Numbered from the stretch's first letter, positions 1 to 8,985 are shown. The stretch: DNA of 40,760 nucleotides from Candidatus Hydrogenedentota bacterium (GCA_045863295.1 BTWA01000046.1:1-40760); one strand, 5' to 3'. Numbers and translations are program-made. The notes: generated by a model not told the origin, from the sequence alone.

Positions 1-72
1 GAGACTGTACTTCAGTCTTCCACGGAGACTGTACTTCAGTCTTCCACGGAGACTGCACTTCAGTCTTCCACG
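1..72. repeat. Tandem repeat: 3 copies of the 24-bp unit GAGACTGTACTTCAGTCTTCCACG, each with an internal inverted repeat; may continue beyond the window
   Basis: Copies lie at 1-24, 25-48 and 49-72; the third has one T>C change at 56. Each contains AGACTG-5nt-CAGTCT. There are no spacers. Confidence 0.95.
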
Positions 73-175
73 CACGATTTAGGCGTGTCGCAGAATGCGG
101 GTTTGGGCTTTTCCAATCCCGCTGTACCCGCTATTATGGCGCAACTGGCTATAACGCTCACTTGGAGACTCCCGT

Positions 176-1084
176 ATGCGCAAGATGATACTGCCCGCGC
201 TTTGCATGGTCGCCGCCGCGGCACAGGCAGACACGCCCGGCGACGTATTCGACAAGGTGTCGCACGGCTACGCGGAAAACAATGGCGTGAAAATTCACTT
301 CGCCACATTGGGTGAGGGACCCGTCGTGGTCTTCATTCACGGGTTTCCTGACTTCTGGTATTCATGGCGGCATCAGATGGCCGCGCTTTCTCCCCTGTAC
401 AAATGCGTGGCCCTGGATCTGCGCGGATACAACCTCAGCGACAAACCGGTTGGCGATGAGAACTACGCCATGCCCCACTTGATTGGAGACGTGTCCGCGG
501 TCATCAAGGCGCAAGGCGTGGACAGCGCGATCGTCGTGGGGCACGATTGGGGTGGCGCGATCGCCTGGCAATTCGCGATGGCCCAGCCGGCCATGGTGGA
601 CAGGTTGGTCATCTGCAATCTGCCGCACCCCAAAGGCCTGATGCGCGAACTCGCTACCAACCCCGAACAGCAGAAGAACAGTGCCTACGCCCGCGCCTTC
701 CAGCAACCCGGCGCGGAAACGGCGCTCACAGCCGAAGCACTCGCCGGTTTTGTATCCAAGGGCGATCCGGCAATTGCCGCGCGCTATATTGACGCGTTCA
801 ACCAATCCGATTTCAAGGCAATGCTCGCGTACTATCGCGTGAATTACCCACGCGAACCATACCAACAAAACACGGGGGAATTGCCAAAAATAAACGTGCC
901 GGTACTCATGTTTCACGGACTAAAAGACAAGGCCCTGCATTACAAAGCCCTCAACGATACGTGGGAATGGCTAGGCGGAGACCTTACGCTGGTAACCGCC
1001 CCCAACGCCGATCACTGGGTCCACCACGACGCACCGGATTTGGTAAGCAAGACATTGCATTTCTGGCTGGGGCGGGATAAATAG
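176..1084 (+). CDS. Alpha/beta-fold hydrolase, epoxide hydrolase-like, with signal peptide
   Basis: HGFPD oxyanion motif, DLRGYNLSD, GHDWGG (Asp nucleophile) and C-terminal His (ADHWVHHD). N-terminus MRKMILPALCMVAAAAQA. GGAG lies upstream. Confidence 0.9.
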   Translation: MRKMILPALCMVAAAAQADTPGDVFDKVSHGYAENNGVKIHFATLGEGPVVVFIHGFPDFWYSWRHQMAALSPLYKCVALDLRGYNLSDKPVGDENYAMPHLIGDVSAVIKAQGVDSAIVVGHDWGGAIAWQFAMAQPAMVDRLVICNLPHPKGLMRELATNPEQQKNSAYARAFQQPGAETALTAEALAGFVSKGDPAIAARYIDAFNQSDFKAMLAYYRVNYPREPYQQNTGELPKINVPVLMFHGLKDKALHYKALNDTWEWLGGDLTLVTAPNADHWVHHDAPDLVSKTLHFWLGRDK

Positions 1085-1099
1085 ATCGATTCAAGAGCC

Positions 1100-2206
1100 T
1101 TACTTGTCCCCGGCCCTTGAGAGTATCCCCCCGCGCATTTGACCGAGTTGGATGCCCTGCAGCATGAGTGCCAGCTCTTCGGGGTTGTCGGAGGCTTCGT
1201 TAGCGGTATCCAGGCTGATGAGCTTGGCTTTCATGAGTCCGAATAGACTGTCATTGAAGGACTGCATTCCGTCTTCGCGCCCTTGCTGAATGCAGATGGG
1301 GATCTTGTTGAGCCGGTTTTCCTTGACGATTTTTTGCACGGCCGGCGTATTGAGCAACACTTCGCACGCCGGTACGCGGCCGCTGCCATCGGCCCTCGGC
1401 AACAAGCGCTGGCACATGATCGCACGCAGGTTCATCGATAGCTGAGACCGGATTTGATCCTGTTGATCCGTGGGAAACAAATCGATAATACGATCAACCG
1501 TCTGCATTGCATTTGTAGTGTGCAACGTGCTGAACACCAAATGACCCGTTTCCGACGCCGTAATCGCGGCCTGAAACGTTTCCAAGTCGCGCATTTCGCC
1601 CACGAGAATCACGTCCGGGTCCTGCCGCATGGCGGCACGAAGTGCGGACGCAAACCCCTCGGTATCGATCAGAATTTCGCGCTGGTTTACTACGGCAAGT
1701 TGATCTTTGTGCGTATATTCAATCGGATCTTCGATTGTAATTATGTGGCATTTCCGATGCCGGTTGATGTAGTCGATAATCGCCGCGAGCGATGTGGACT
1801 TGCCGCTGCCGGTCGTGCCTGTGATAAGAACGAGACCGCGTTGCATTTTCGCGAAGCGCTCGACAGCCGTGGGAAGGTGCAGATTCTCGAATGAAGGCAC
1901 ATCGCCCTTGATCCGGCGCATGACAATGGAAATGGTGCCGCGTTGCTTGAACACATTCACACGGAAGCGGCCCACCTGGGGATTGGAAAATGCAAGGTCG
2001 GCATCGCCCCGGGTTTCCAAGGACTTTCGCTGTGACTCGCTCAACAATTCCATCAGGATATTCTCCATATCCGTGGGTGTGAGCTTTCGCTTACGCTGCA
2101 CAAGATCGCCGTGAACGCGAAAATACGGCGGCGACTCCGTCTTGAGGTGGACGTCAGACGCCTCTTTCTCAATCGCACGTTGCAACAGTCGCAGCAGCAG
2201 GCTCAT
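1100..2206 (-). CDS. pilT: PilT/PilU-family type IV pilus retraction ATPase
   Basis: ASDVHL, GRFRVNVFKQRG, Walker A GTTGSGKST, TIEDPIEY, RQDPDVILVGEMRD, His box ETGHLVFSTLH, GMQSF. The AIRNLIRE motif is degenerate (AVQKIVKE), so it may be PilU-like. Confidence 0.9.
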   Translation of the reverse strand: MSLLLRLLQRAIEKEASDVHLKTESPPYFRVHGDLVQRKRKLTPTDMENILMELLSESQRKSLETRGDADLAFSNPQVGRFRVNVFKQRGTISIVMRRIKGDVPSFENLHLPTAVERFAKMQRGLVLITGTTGSGKSTSLAAIIDYINRHRKCHIITIEDPIEYTHKDQLAVVNQREILIDTEGFASALRAAMRQDPDVILVGEMRDLETFQAAITASETGHLVFSTLHTTNAMQTVDRIIDLFPTDQQDQIRSQLSMNLRAIMCQRLLPRADGSGRVPACEVLLNTPAVQKIVKENRLNKIPICIQQGREDGMQSFNDSLFGLMKAKLISLDTANEASDNPEELALMLQGIQLGQMRGGILSRAGDK

Positions 2207-3444
2207 TAGCGTCTCATTCGCTTTCTCATAAAGGCCGGAATGCCCAGATCTTCTTCCTGGTCAATCGCATGGGCCGTATTGACATATTCTGGTTGCGGAG
2301 CCAACTCTTCTGCGGAAAACATGAACTGCTCGCCCAAGGCTGGAATCGGCTCAGACCGGCTGAACAAGGGCTCCACATTGACCGGGGCTAGGATTGGTTC
2401 GGCTTCCCGGCGGGGTTCGAAATCATCATCGACTTCAAGGCTCAGCGAGACTGTCTCAGTGAACGGCTGAACCGGCTGTATGAACTCCATCGCAAAACCC
2501 GCCGCGATAACGGTCACCTGAATGGTCGGGTCTTCGTCATCTTCCACAACGGCACCGAAAATGATGTTGGCCTTGGAATGGGCGGCGCGCTGCACGGTGG
2601 TCACCGCTTCCAGCACTTCCCGCATTCCCATATTCGATCCGCCCTTCACGTTGACAATTACACCCATCGCCCCGTCCACGCTGGACTTTTCCAACAACGG
2701 ACAAACGATGGCTTCCTGTGCCGCTCGAATCGCCCGCTTGTCTCCTTCAGCGGTACCAATGCCCATCAAAGCACGGCCGCTGCCCTGCATAATGGTGCGC
2801 ACATCCGCGAAGTCCAGATTAATCAGGCCGGGCACGGTAATCAATTCGGAGATGGACCGCACGCCGTTGTGCAGGACTTCGTCCGCCAGTTTGAAGGCAT
2901 TAAGAAACGTAATGTTGTCATTGCACAACAACGCCAGGCGGTCGTTGGGCACCACGATGAGCGCGTCTACGTGCTTTTCCAACAGCGCCATGCCTTTCAT
3001 GGCATTCTCCATGCGCCCCTGCCCTTCAAACTGAAATGGCAGTGTGACAATCGCAACCGTCAATGCGCCGGTTTCTTTGGCCACTTCCGCCACGACCGGA
3101 GTCGCCCCTGTGCCCGTGCCGCCGCCCATGCCGGCAGTAAGAAATATCATGTCCGCGCCCTGCAATACTTCAGCCACGCGTTGCCGGTCCGCTTCCGCGG
3201 CCGCGCGTCCAACTTCGGGTTTCGCCCCGGCCCCCAGACCACTTTCGCCAATTTGCAGGCGCGTGCCCGCGGGAGAATTCTTCAAGGCCTGCGCATCGGT
3301 GTTGATGGTGATGAATTCGACGTCACTCAGGCCCGCCGCAATCATGCGGCCCACGGCGTTTCCGCCGCCACCTCCCACTCCACACACTTTGATGACGGCG
3401 TTTCGCTCGAACTTGCTGAACTCGTCCGATATTCCCATGGCCAT
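2206..3444 (-). CDS. ftsZ: Cell division GTPase FtsZ
   Basis: GVGGGGGNAV, INTDAQAL, signature GMGGGTGTG, T7 loop GLINLDFADV and C-terminal peptide DLGIPAFMRK. Strong RBS AAGGAGGAG. Confidence 0.98.
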   Translation of the reverse strand: MAMGISDEFSKFERNAVIKVCGVGGGGGNAVGRMIAAGLSDVEFITINTDAQALKNSPAGTRLQIGESGLGAGAKPEVGRAAAEADRQRVAEVLQGADMIFLTAGMGGGTGTGATPVVAEVAKETGALTVAIVTLPFQFEGQGRMENAMKGMALLEKHVDALIVVPNDRLALLCNDNITFLNAFKLADEVLHNGVRSISELITVPGLINLDFADVRTIMQGSGRALMGIGTAEGDKRAIRAAQEAIVCPLLEKSSVDGAMGVIVNVKGGSNMGMREVLEAVTTVQRAAHSKANIIFGAVVEDDEDPTIQVTVIAAGFAMEFIQPVQPFTETVSLSLEVDDDFEPRREAEPILAPVNVEPLFSRSEPIPALGEQFMFSAEELAPQPEYVNTAHAIDQEEDLGIPAFMRKRMRR

Positions 3445-3552
3445 GGTTCGTCTCCTCCTTGTGGTTGACGTGTAAACGTCCCATCCCTGCCCACTGCGCG
3501 CCTACCCGCGCCGGACCTGTTTATCAAGCAATCCCTTGCTCAATGGCCGCCG

Positions 3553-4356
3553 TCAACGGCAGGCCAAATCCATTCCGAATCGCAAATCGAGATACTCGGT
3601 ACAATCCAATTGGCCCTGTTTTGTCGCCCACAATATGTCCAGGCGTTCGGCTTCGTGGACGATGTCTCCGCGGCCCCAACGTATCTCATACGGCAATTCG
3701 TTCGTGTACATCCGAATATCGTTTTCGCTGGGAGCGGCGAGTTCAGCAATCGATACTTCGCTCGACATCCCGATATATGCGAAGGAAGATAACACGAGCA
3801 ACGCATCACGCAGCGCAGCGATGTTCAACTGCTGGCCCGGCTCCACATTATCGAGCCCCGGCAATTCCGTGATGAACGGGCCAGGGTATTCATCTCGAAT
3901 ATCGAGCCGCCGCAATACAAAACACTCCTCATCAATCTCGTAGGGATGGCCATGCGCCATGACTGTGGCAATGGGAATTCGTTCCTGAACATTGACAACC
4001 ACCATGTCGGGAAAGATGCGAGACACGGAGCACGTCTTGACATAGGGAAGTGCCTCCACCCGTTCGCGAATCTGTTGCGTGTCCAGGAGAAGAAGGCTGT
4101 CAGCCGTGGTAATGCCGGCGGTCTCCACAACCTTCTCGGGCGTCACGGTATCGGCCCCCACCACCCGGATGGTCTTCACTGCGAAATAGGCTGATCGGTC
4201 CACATAATCGTACAGGCCGTAGGCCGCTCCACCCAGCAAGATCGCAATCAGAATGGTCAGCACAAACCCCTTGAACCCCTGACGAGGCGGCTTCCTTTGC
4301 GGCCGGTTCCAGGTCCGTTGGCTTTGGTTCTTTTTATCGCGTGCCGCGCGGTTCAT
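3553..4356 (-). CDS. ftsQ: Cell division protein FtsQ/DivIB
   Basis: Basic N-terminal tail, one TM helix, POTRA domain (FAVKTIRVVG...LPYVKTCSVSRIFPD...ERIP) and C-terminal YLDLRF. It lies between murC and ftsZ. Confidence 0.9.
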   Translation of the reverse strand: MNRAARDKKNQSQRTWNRPQRKPPRQGFKGFVLTILIAILLGGAAYGLYDYVDRSAYFAVKTIRVVGADTVTPEKVVETAGITTADSLLLLDTQQIRERVEALPYVKTCSVSRIFPDMVVVNVQERIPIATVMAHGHPYEIDEECFVLRRLDIRDEYPGPFITELPGLDNVEPGQQLNIAALRDALLVLSSFAYIGMSSEVSIAELAAPSENDIRMYTNELPYEIRWGRGDIVHEAERLDILWATKQGQLDCTEYLDLRFGMDLACR

Positions 4357-5798
4357 GACAACCTGCCAATTTCCGCCAACAAGGGGCGCCCGATGCGATT
4401 GATGTTCCCCGCGCCCAAAATCACTACAACGTCGCCTGGCTCCAAATCCGGCGCAATAGAGCCGGGTACCGCATTCAAATCGCTGATCAACTCAACTTTG
4501 GACGCGCCGTTGGTTCGAGCGGCATCAACAATGAGACCCGAATGGACACCCGGCATGGGCTCCTCGCGGGATGGATAGATGTCGGTCACAATTGCGCGGT
4601 CAACCGTAGATAGAGCCTGGGCAAATTCGTTGTAGAAAAACTTCGTTCTGCTGTACAGATGCGGCTGAAATACGCATACGATGCGCTTGGGATCAACCCA
4701 GCGCAACGCCTCCAGCGTGCTGCGAATCTCCGTGGGATGATGTGCATAATCCTCGACCACGCAAATCCCGTTTCGTTCGCCGACTACCTGCAACCGGCGC
4801 CGCACGCCGTCGTACAACTTCAAGCCTTCCGCAATGTGACTAAACTTCATTCCAAGGCACAGCCCCACCGCGCATGCCGCTATCGCATTGCGTGCGTTGT
4901 GTGCGCCAACCGCGCGAACACGCAAGGTGCCAAGCTTTCCCGTCACCTGCAGACGTTCGTCGTGGCTGGTCACATCCACACAAGTGACCAGGCCCGCCAG
5001 CCTCTCCGCCAAGGATTCGCTGGCGACCGTACCGTTCAGCCGGACGTTTCCACCCATGAGCGATGCATCCTCATCCAGGCCGTAGGTGATGCAAACGCTG
5101 TGAATGTCATTAAGTATCGCGCGGCAATTGGGATCGTCCGCACAGACGATTGAAAATCCGTAAAACGGAATGCTATTGCAGAACTCGGTAAAGGCCCGCT
5201 TGATGTTGTCCAGTGTGCCGTAGTATTCAAGGTGTTCCGCGTCCACGTTGGTGACTACGCTAATAGTGGGCCGCAATCGCAGAAATGACCCGTCGTGTTC
5301 GTCCGCTTCCGCCACAAGGTAATCGCCCGTTCCCCAACGTGCATTCGTGCCGCTCCGATGCAGCACCCCACCCACTATGCTCGTCGCGCCTATGTTCGCC
5401 CAATCGAGGAAGGCGCTGATCATGGAAGTGGTCGTCGTCTTGCCATGCGTACCGCCCACCGCGATTGCATTGGGCTTGGTGCGCATGAGATCGGCAAGCA
5501 TCTCGCTGCGATGCAAGATGGGTATGCCGCGGCGTCGGGCCGCGACCACTTCCAAGTTGTCTTCGCCTACCGCGGCTGACACCACGAGAATTTGAGCGTC
5601 GCCGATATTCGCGGCCGCATGTCCTTCGAAAAACTGAAGTCCGCACTCCACCAGACGGTCCGTGATCTCCGAAGCCTTGAGATCGGAACCCGAAACCTCA
5701 TATCCGAGATTGATAAGGATTTCGGCAAGTCCGCTCATGCCAATACCGCCTACGCCGGTAAAATGAACTTTACGCCGCAAACCGTTCACTCTTGACAC
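4353..5798 (-). CDS. murC: UDP-N-acetylmuramate--L-alanine ligase
   Basis: GVGGIGMSGLA, GTHGKTTTTSM, EADEHDGSFL, DYAHHPTEI, FQPHLYSRT. TTG start, position uncertain. ATGA overlap with ftsQ. Confidence 0.96.
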   Translation of the reverse strand: MSRVNGLRRKVHFTGVGGIGMSGLAEILINLGYEVSGSDLKASEITDRLVECGLQFFEGHAAANIGDAQILVVSAAVGEDNLEVVAARRRGIPILHRSEMLADLMRTKPNAIAVGGTHGKTTTTSMISAFLDWANIGATSIVGGVLHRSGTNARWGTGDYLVAEADEHDGSFLRLRPTISVVTNVDAEHLEYYGTLDNIKRAFTEFCNSIPFYGFSIVCADDPNCRAILNDIHSVCITYGLDEDASLMGGNVRLNGTVASESLAERLAGLVTCVDVTSHDERLQVTGKLGTLRVRAVGAHNARNAIAACAVGLCLGMKFSHIAEGLKLYDGVRRRLQVVGERNGICVVEDYAHHPTEIRSTLEALRWVDPKRIVCVFQPHLYSRTKFFYNEFAQALSTVDRAIVTDIYPSREEPMPGVHSGLIVDAARTNGASKVELISDLNAVPGSIAPDLEPGDVVVILGAGNINRIGRPLLAEIGRLS

Positions 5799-5824
5799 TC
5801 CACCCCATATATTGTGGTTTACTT

Positions 5825-5834
5825 AGTATAGCAA
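5825..5834 (-). promoter_or_regulatory. Putative extended -10 promoter (TGcTATACT) for murC-ftsQ-ftsZ-pilT
   Basis: The minus strand reads TTGCTATACT about 27 nt upstream of the murC start, in an AT-rich intergenic region. Confidence 0.5.
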
Positions 5835-5998
5835 ATTTTGAACTACTATAAAAGGGGGTAGATTCGCCGTCTACCTCTAGATATTGGGGGACTTCCTCTC
5901 GCTCTTGTGTGACAAGCAATAAATCAAACAAGCTTTGCAAATAATTGAAAACAAATAAGTTACGCCACTTCCCCAGAAATGAATGCACAACGGTTGGC

Positions 5999-6008
5999 TT
6001 GCTATACT
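5999..6008 (+). promoter_or_regulatory. Putative extended -10 promoter (TGcTATACT) for the amidohydrolase gene
   Basis: TTGCTATACT lies 40 nt upstream of ATG 6049. Confidence 0.5.
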
Positions 6009-6048
6009 GTGGACGGGCACTTGCCAACAGCCATACTGGATTCACGCA

Positions 6049-6831
6049 ATGATCATTGATTCGCATACACACGTCCATCCCAGCACGACCGGCTTCGGAC
6101 GAAATCGGGACGCAACGCCAGACACCTTTCTGAATGAATTGGCTGCCTCGCCGGTGGACATTGCCGTGCTATTGCCCATTGAACCAATCATTACAACGGA
6201 ATTCGCCTGTTCGGTTGCCGCTCGCGATCCGAAGAAGATTCTGTGTTATGGATCCGTGGATCCGACATTGGGGTTGCCGGCGGTGGAAAGGCTGGAACAA
6301 CTTTTTGGCGCACACACCCTGTATGGCCTGAAGTTACATCCCCGCTGGCAGAAAATCACCAAGGACCACTGGCCAACGGTGTTCGAACTCGTGCGGCAAG
6401 CGGCAAAACGGGGCCGGCCGACGATTATTGATTGCTTCGCTTACGGCAAAGGCGCCCTGCGGGACGATTCGTTGGAACTGATCGAAGCCACGGCGGAGGC
6501 GGTGCCGGAAGCAAAGCTGATCATTGCCCATATGGGCGGAACGAGAATATTGGATGCGTTGATTCTCGCTCGCACGTCCTATACGATCTACCTTGATTTG
6601 TCGCTTATTTTGTCGGTTTACCGGGGAAGCCATCTGGAACAGGACATTTTCTATGCCATCCGGCGCATTGGCGCAGACCGGTGCTTGTATGGGTCTGATT
6701 TCCCGGAAGTGGGTATGTCCACTTCGTTAACCGATATGAAGACGGCACTCGTGGCTCGAGGATTCAGCGACGACGAGATGGAATGGATTTTTCACAAAAC
6801 CGCGGCCCATGTGCTGGGTTTGTCGAAGTAA
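6049..6831 (+). CDS. Amidohydrolase-2 family metal-dependent hydrolase
   Basis: IIDSHTH, GLKLHP, IIAHMGG, LYGSDFP. Start moved from 5983 to ATG 6049, because this family typically begins MIID-x-HxH. Confidence 0.85.
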   Translation: MIIDSHTHVHPSTTGFGRNRDATPDTFLNELAASPVDIAVLLPIEPIITTEFACSVAARDPKKILCYGSVDPTLGLPAVERLEQLFGAHTLYGLKLHPRWQKITKDHWPTVFELVRQAAKRGRPTIIDCFAYGKGALRDDSLELIEATAEAVPEAKLIIAHMGGTRILDALILARTSYTIYLDLSLILSVYRGSHLEQDIFYAIRRIGADRCLYGSDFPEVGMSTSLTDMKTALVARGFSDDEMEWIFHKTAAHVLGLSK

Positions 6832-6878
6832 CGGGAGGTCGCCGCTCACGGCGCGGCGGCCACGGAGCAGGTAAAATC

Positions 6879-7403
6879 ATGGTCAAGCGAATTTTAGTGA
6901 GTATTCCTATTCTGGCTGTACTGGCATTGGCCGGGTGCGGCTCGGATTCGGGCAGTGTCGTGGAAAAGGTCAAATATGATTTTGGCATGGGCGAACGGCC
7001 AGAAGGGTACGTTACAGGCAGCGACAAGGTCATGGAGCGCCTGAGCGAGGTCGGCAAAACAGAACTGCGCAGGCTGACGATGGAGAACCGGCACGGCGAG
7101 GTCAAGTTCCAGGAAGAGTCGGCACTGACAGGCAAGTATTACAAAGAAGTAAAGAATTACAAGGATTTCATGCCCCTTGATGTGCGCGCCGTTACGCACG
7201 GCAGCCAAGGGGAACGAGGATACATCGGGTACATCAATTTCACGTACGAAGTGCTGCAAAGCGAACGCAAGAGTACCCGGGTGGAAGCCGAAGCCCTCTC
7301 AGCGAACATCTCGACAGGTGTTACCGGCCGCGAGCAATACCGCTATACATTCTCGTCGGGTGCCGTGTGGGACGGCAATAAAGGGGAACCGGTTCGGAAC
7401 TGA
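6879..7403 (+). CDS. Hypothetical lipoprotein
   Basis: MVKRILVSIPILAVLALAG-C lipobox. GGAGCAGG lies upstream of ATG 6879. Confidence 0.8.
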   Translation: MVKRILVSIPILAVLALAGCGSDSGSVVEKVKYDFGMGERPEGYVTGSDKVMERLSEVGKTELRRLTMENRHGEVKFQEESALTGKYYKEVKNYKDFMPLDVRAVTHGSQGERGYIGYINFTYEVLQSERKSTRVEAEALSANISTGVTGREQYRYTFSSGAVWDGNKGEPVRN

Positions 7404-7410
7404 GCGAGGA

Positions 7411-7881
7411 TTATTCGCCGCGAATCTCCTTAAGCACGTCCAGCTTCGAGGAGATGAGTTGGGGGTGATTCAGATTCATTAAGCGTGCCATCTTGTGTAC
7501 CAGATAGTCCTCATGGCCGTCCACTGTGCCATCGGCATAGATGACCCGCCAGACTTCACGTATGATCTCGATCTTCTCCGAAGTTGTACAAGTCTCGTTC
7601 ACCTGATTTGTGTATTTCCATAGATCGATACTCTGTTGGCGGCGCTCGGAGGACAACTGCAATAGTTCTTCGGCATCCTGCTGCGACAAAGCGAAACGGC
7701 GCTGCAGCGTATTGATGATGTGTTCGCACTCCTCGGGCGCAAACTCGTTGTCCGCCCCCGCTACTTCAAGCAAGAGCACGCAAGTAGCCACCTTCAACCG
7801 TTCTGGATCAGGAGCGGACGATTCCATCGGCTTCGTGGCAAACATGTCGAGAATGCGATTCAACATCAGACTGGACTCCAT
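7411..7881 (-). CDS. TerB-family (tellurite resistance/DjlA N-terminal-like) protein
   Basis: ATCVLLLEVAGADNEFAPEE and WRVIYADGTVDGHED match the duplicated TerB A-D-G motifs. Alternative start at 7866. Confidence 0.85.
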   Translation of the reverse strand: MESSLMLNRILDMFATKPMESSAPDPERLKVATCVLLLEVAGADNEFAPEECEHIINTLQRRFALSQQDAEELLQLSSERRQQSIDLWKYTNQVNETCTTSEKIEIIREVWRVIYADGTVDGHEDYLVHKMARLMNLNHPQLISSKLDVLKEIRGE

Positions 7882-7934
7882 TTCAACGGCTTATGAAGCC
7901 ATCATACCAACACAGCCGCGGCATCGCCAACCGG

Positions 7935-8876
7935 TTACGATTCGAGCAGTGACGGTAATACGGCACGTTCGAACACAGGCCACGGATCGTTTGCCCCCTC
8001 CTGGCCAGGTTGGGACAGGATGGCCACCACGGCCTCCAATTCCGGAACAAGGATCAGGTATTGTCCGCCTGTGCCTGCGGCAAATACAGTTCGATGCCCG
8101 TGTACATCTCGGATCCACCAATGGAATCCGTAGTGAGGAGTGTGCGGGCGGGTCGAACGGCGGATCCATTCGGAAGAAAGTAGTGACTGCTTTTCCCAAA
8201 CGCCTGATTGGACGTAGAGTCGTCCAATGGCACACAGACTATCCGCCGATAGTTGCAGACCCCAACCACCCAACGCGATTCCCTGAGGATCGTGGTCCCA
8301 TTCCCAATCGGTGATGCCTAACGGCTCAAACAGGCGTACGCGCGCGAAATTGTCTACGTCCAAGCCGGTTGCCCGTTGGAGAAAGGCCGACAAAAGATGG
8401 GACGCCGGACTGCAATAGCCGAACCGGCCTATGCGCTCTCTCCGTATCGGAAGATTTACCGCAAAGGACAACCAATCAGTGGCCGCCAGAAACGTATGAA
8501 GCTGAGTTTCGCGAAACGGATATCGCACGGGCCAGTCAAATCCGGCTGTCATCGCCAACACATGCTCCGTCGTGGTTCCGTGCAGGTACATGGGCGTGTC
8601 CATGCCGCAATACTCAGGAAAGGCATCCGCAAATGGAAACTCAAGGCTGCCCAGGGTTCCATCGTCCCATGCGATTCCCAGAAGCGTGACTAACACGCTC
8701 TTGGTCACGGAACGTAGCGGAAACCGTTCATGCGACGGTGAATCCGCGACTCGAAACTCGGCCTGACGAATGCCAGCAACTTCCACGAGAACACAGCGCA
8801 CGCCGGGATGGGCCGGCAAGGAACGGGCAAGGTCTGACTGCAACCGCTGCTGCAAACTGGGCACCGCTAGCTCCAT
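7935..8876 (-). CDS. Serine hydrolase, beta-lactamase/NylB-like family
   Basis: SVTKS (SxxK), HVLAMTAG, FGYCS, LFEPLGI, YGFHWW, AAGTGGQ. Start is uncertain; the ORF is open to 8987. Confidence 0.85.
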   Translation of the reverse strand: MELAVPSLQQRLQSDLARSLPAHPGVRCVLVEVAGIRQAEFRVADSPSHERFPLRSVTKSVLVTLLGIAWDDGTLGSLEFPFADAFPEYCGMDTPMYLHGTTTEHVLAMTAGFDWPVRYPFRETQLHTFLAATDWLSFAVNLPIRRERIGRFGYCSPASHLLSAFLQRATGLDVDNFARVRLFEPLGITDWEWDHDPQGIALGGWGLQLSADSLCAIGRLYVQSGVWEKQSLLSSEWIRRSTRPHTPHYGFHWWIRDVHGHRTVFAAGTGGQYLILVPELEAVVAILSQPGQEGANDPWPVFERAVLPSLLES

Positions 8877-8985
8877 ACATGGGGTGTGATCTATAGTGAC
8901 TCCGCTTGCGGAGCCGGGATATCCTCGTTTGTAAAGCCGCTTCGAATCAAGGCTGCAAACACCCCGGACAAGGAGGTGCATTGCC

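Noticed and set aside
1..72. Possible CRISPR array (24-bp palindromic repeats)
   Set aside because: The units are directly adjacent with no unique spacers, and there are no cas genes in the window.
7411..7881. Tellurite-resistance (ter) operon
   Set aside because: Only a lone TerB-like gene is present; no terA/C/D/Z.
7935..8876. True beta-lactamase / resistance gene
   Set aside because: The motifs (YCS, AAGTGGQ) fit the broad esterase/NylB-like group rather than class C enzymes (YxN, KTG).
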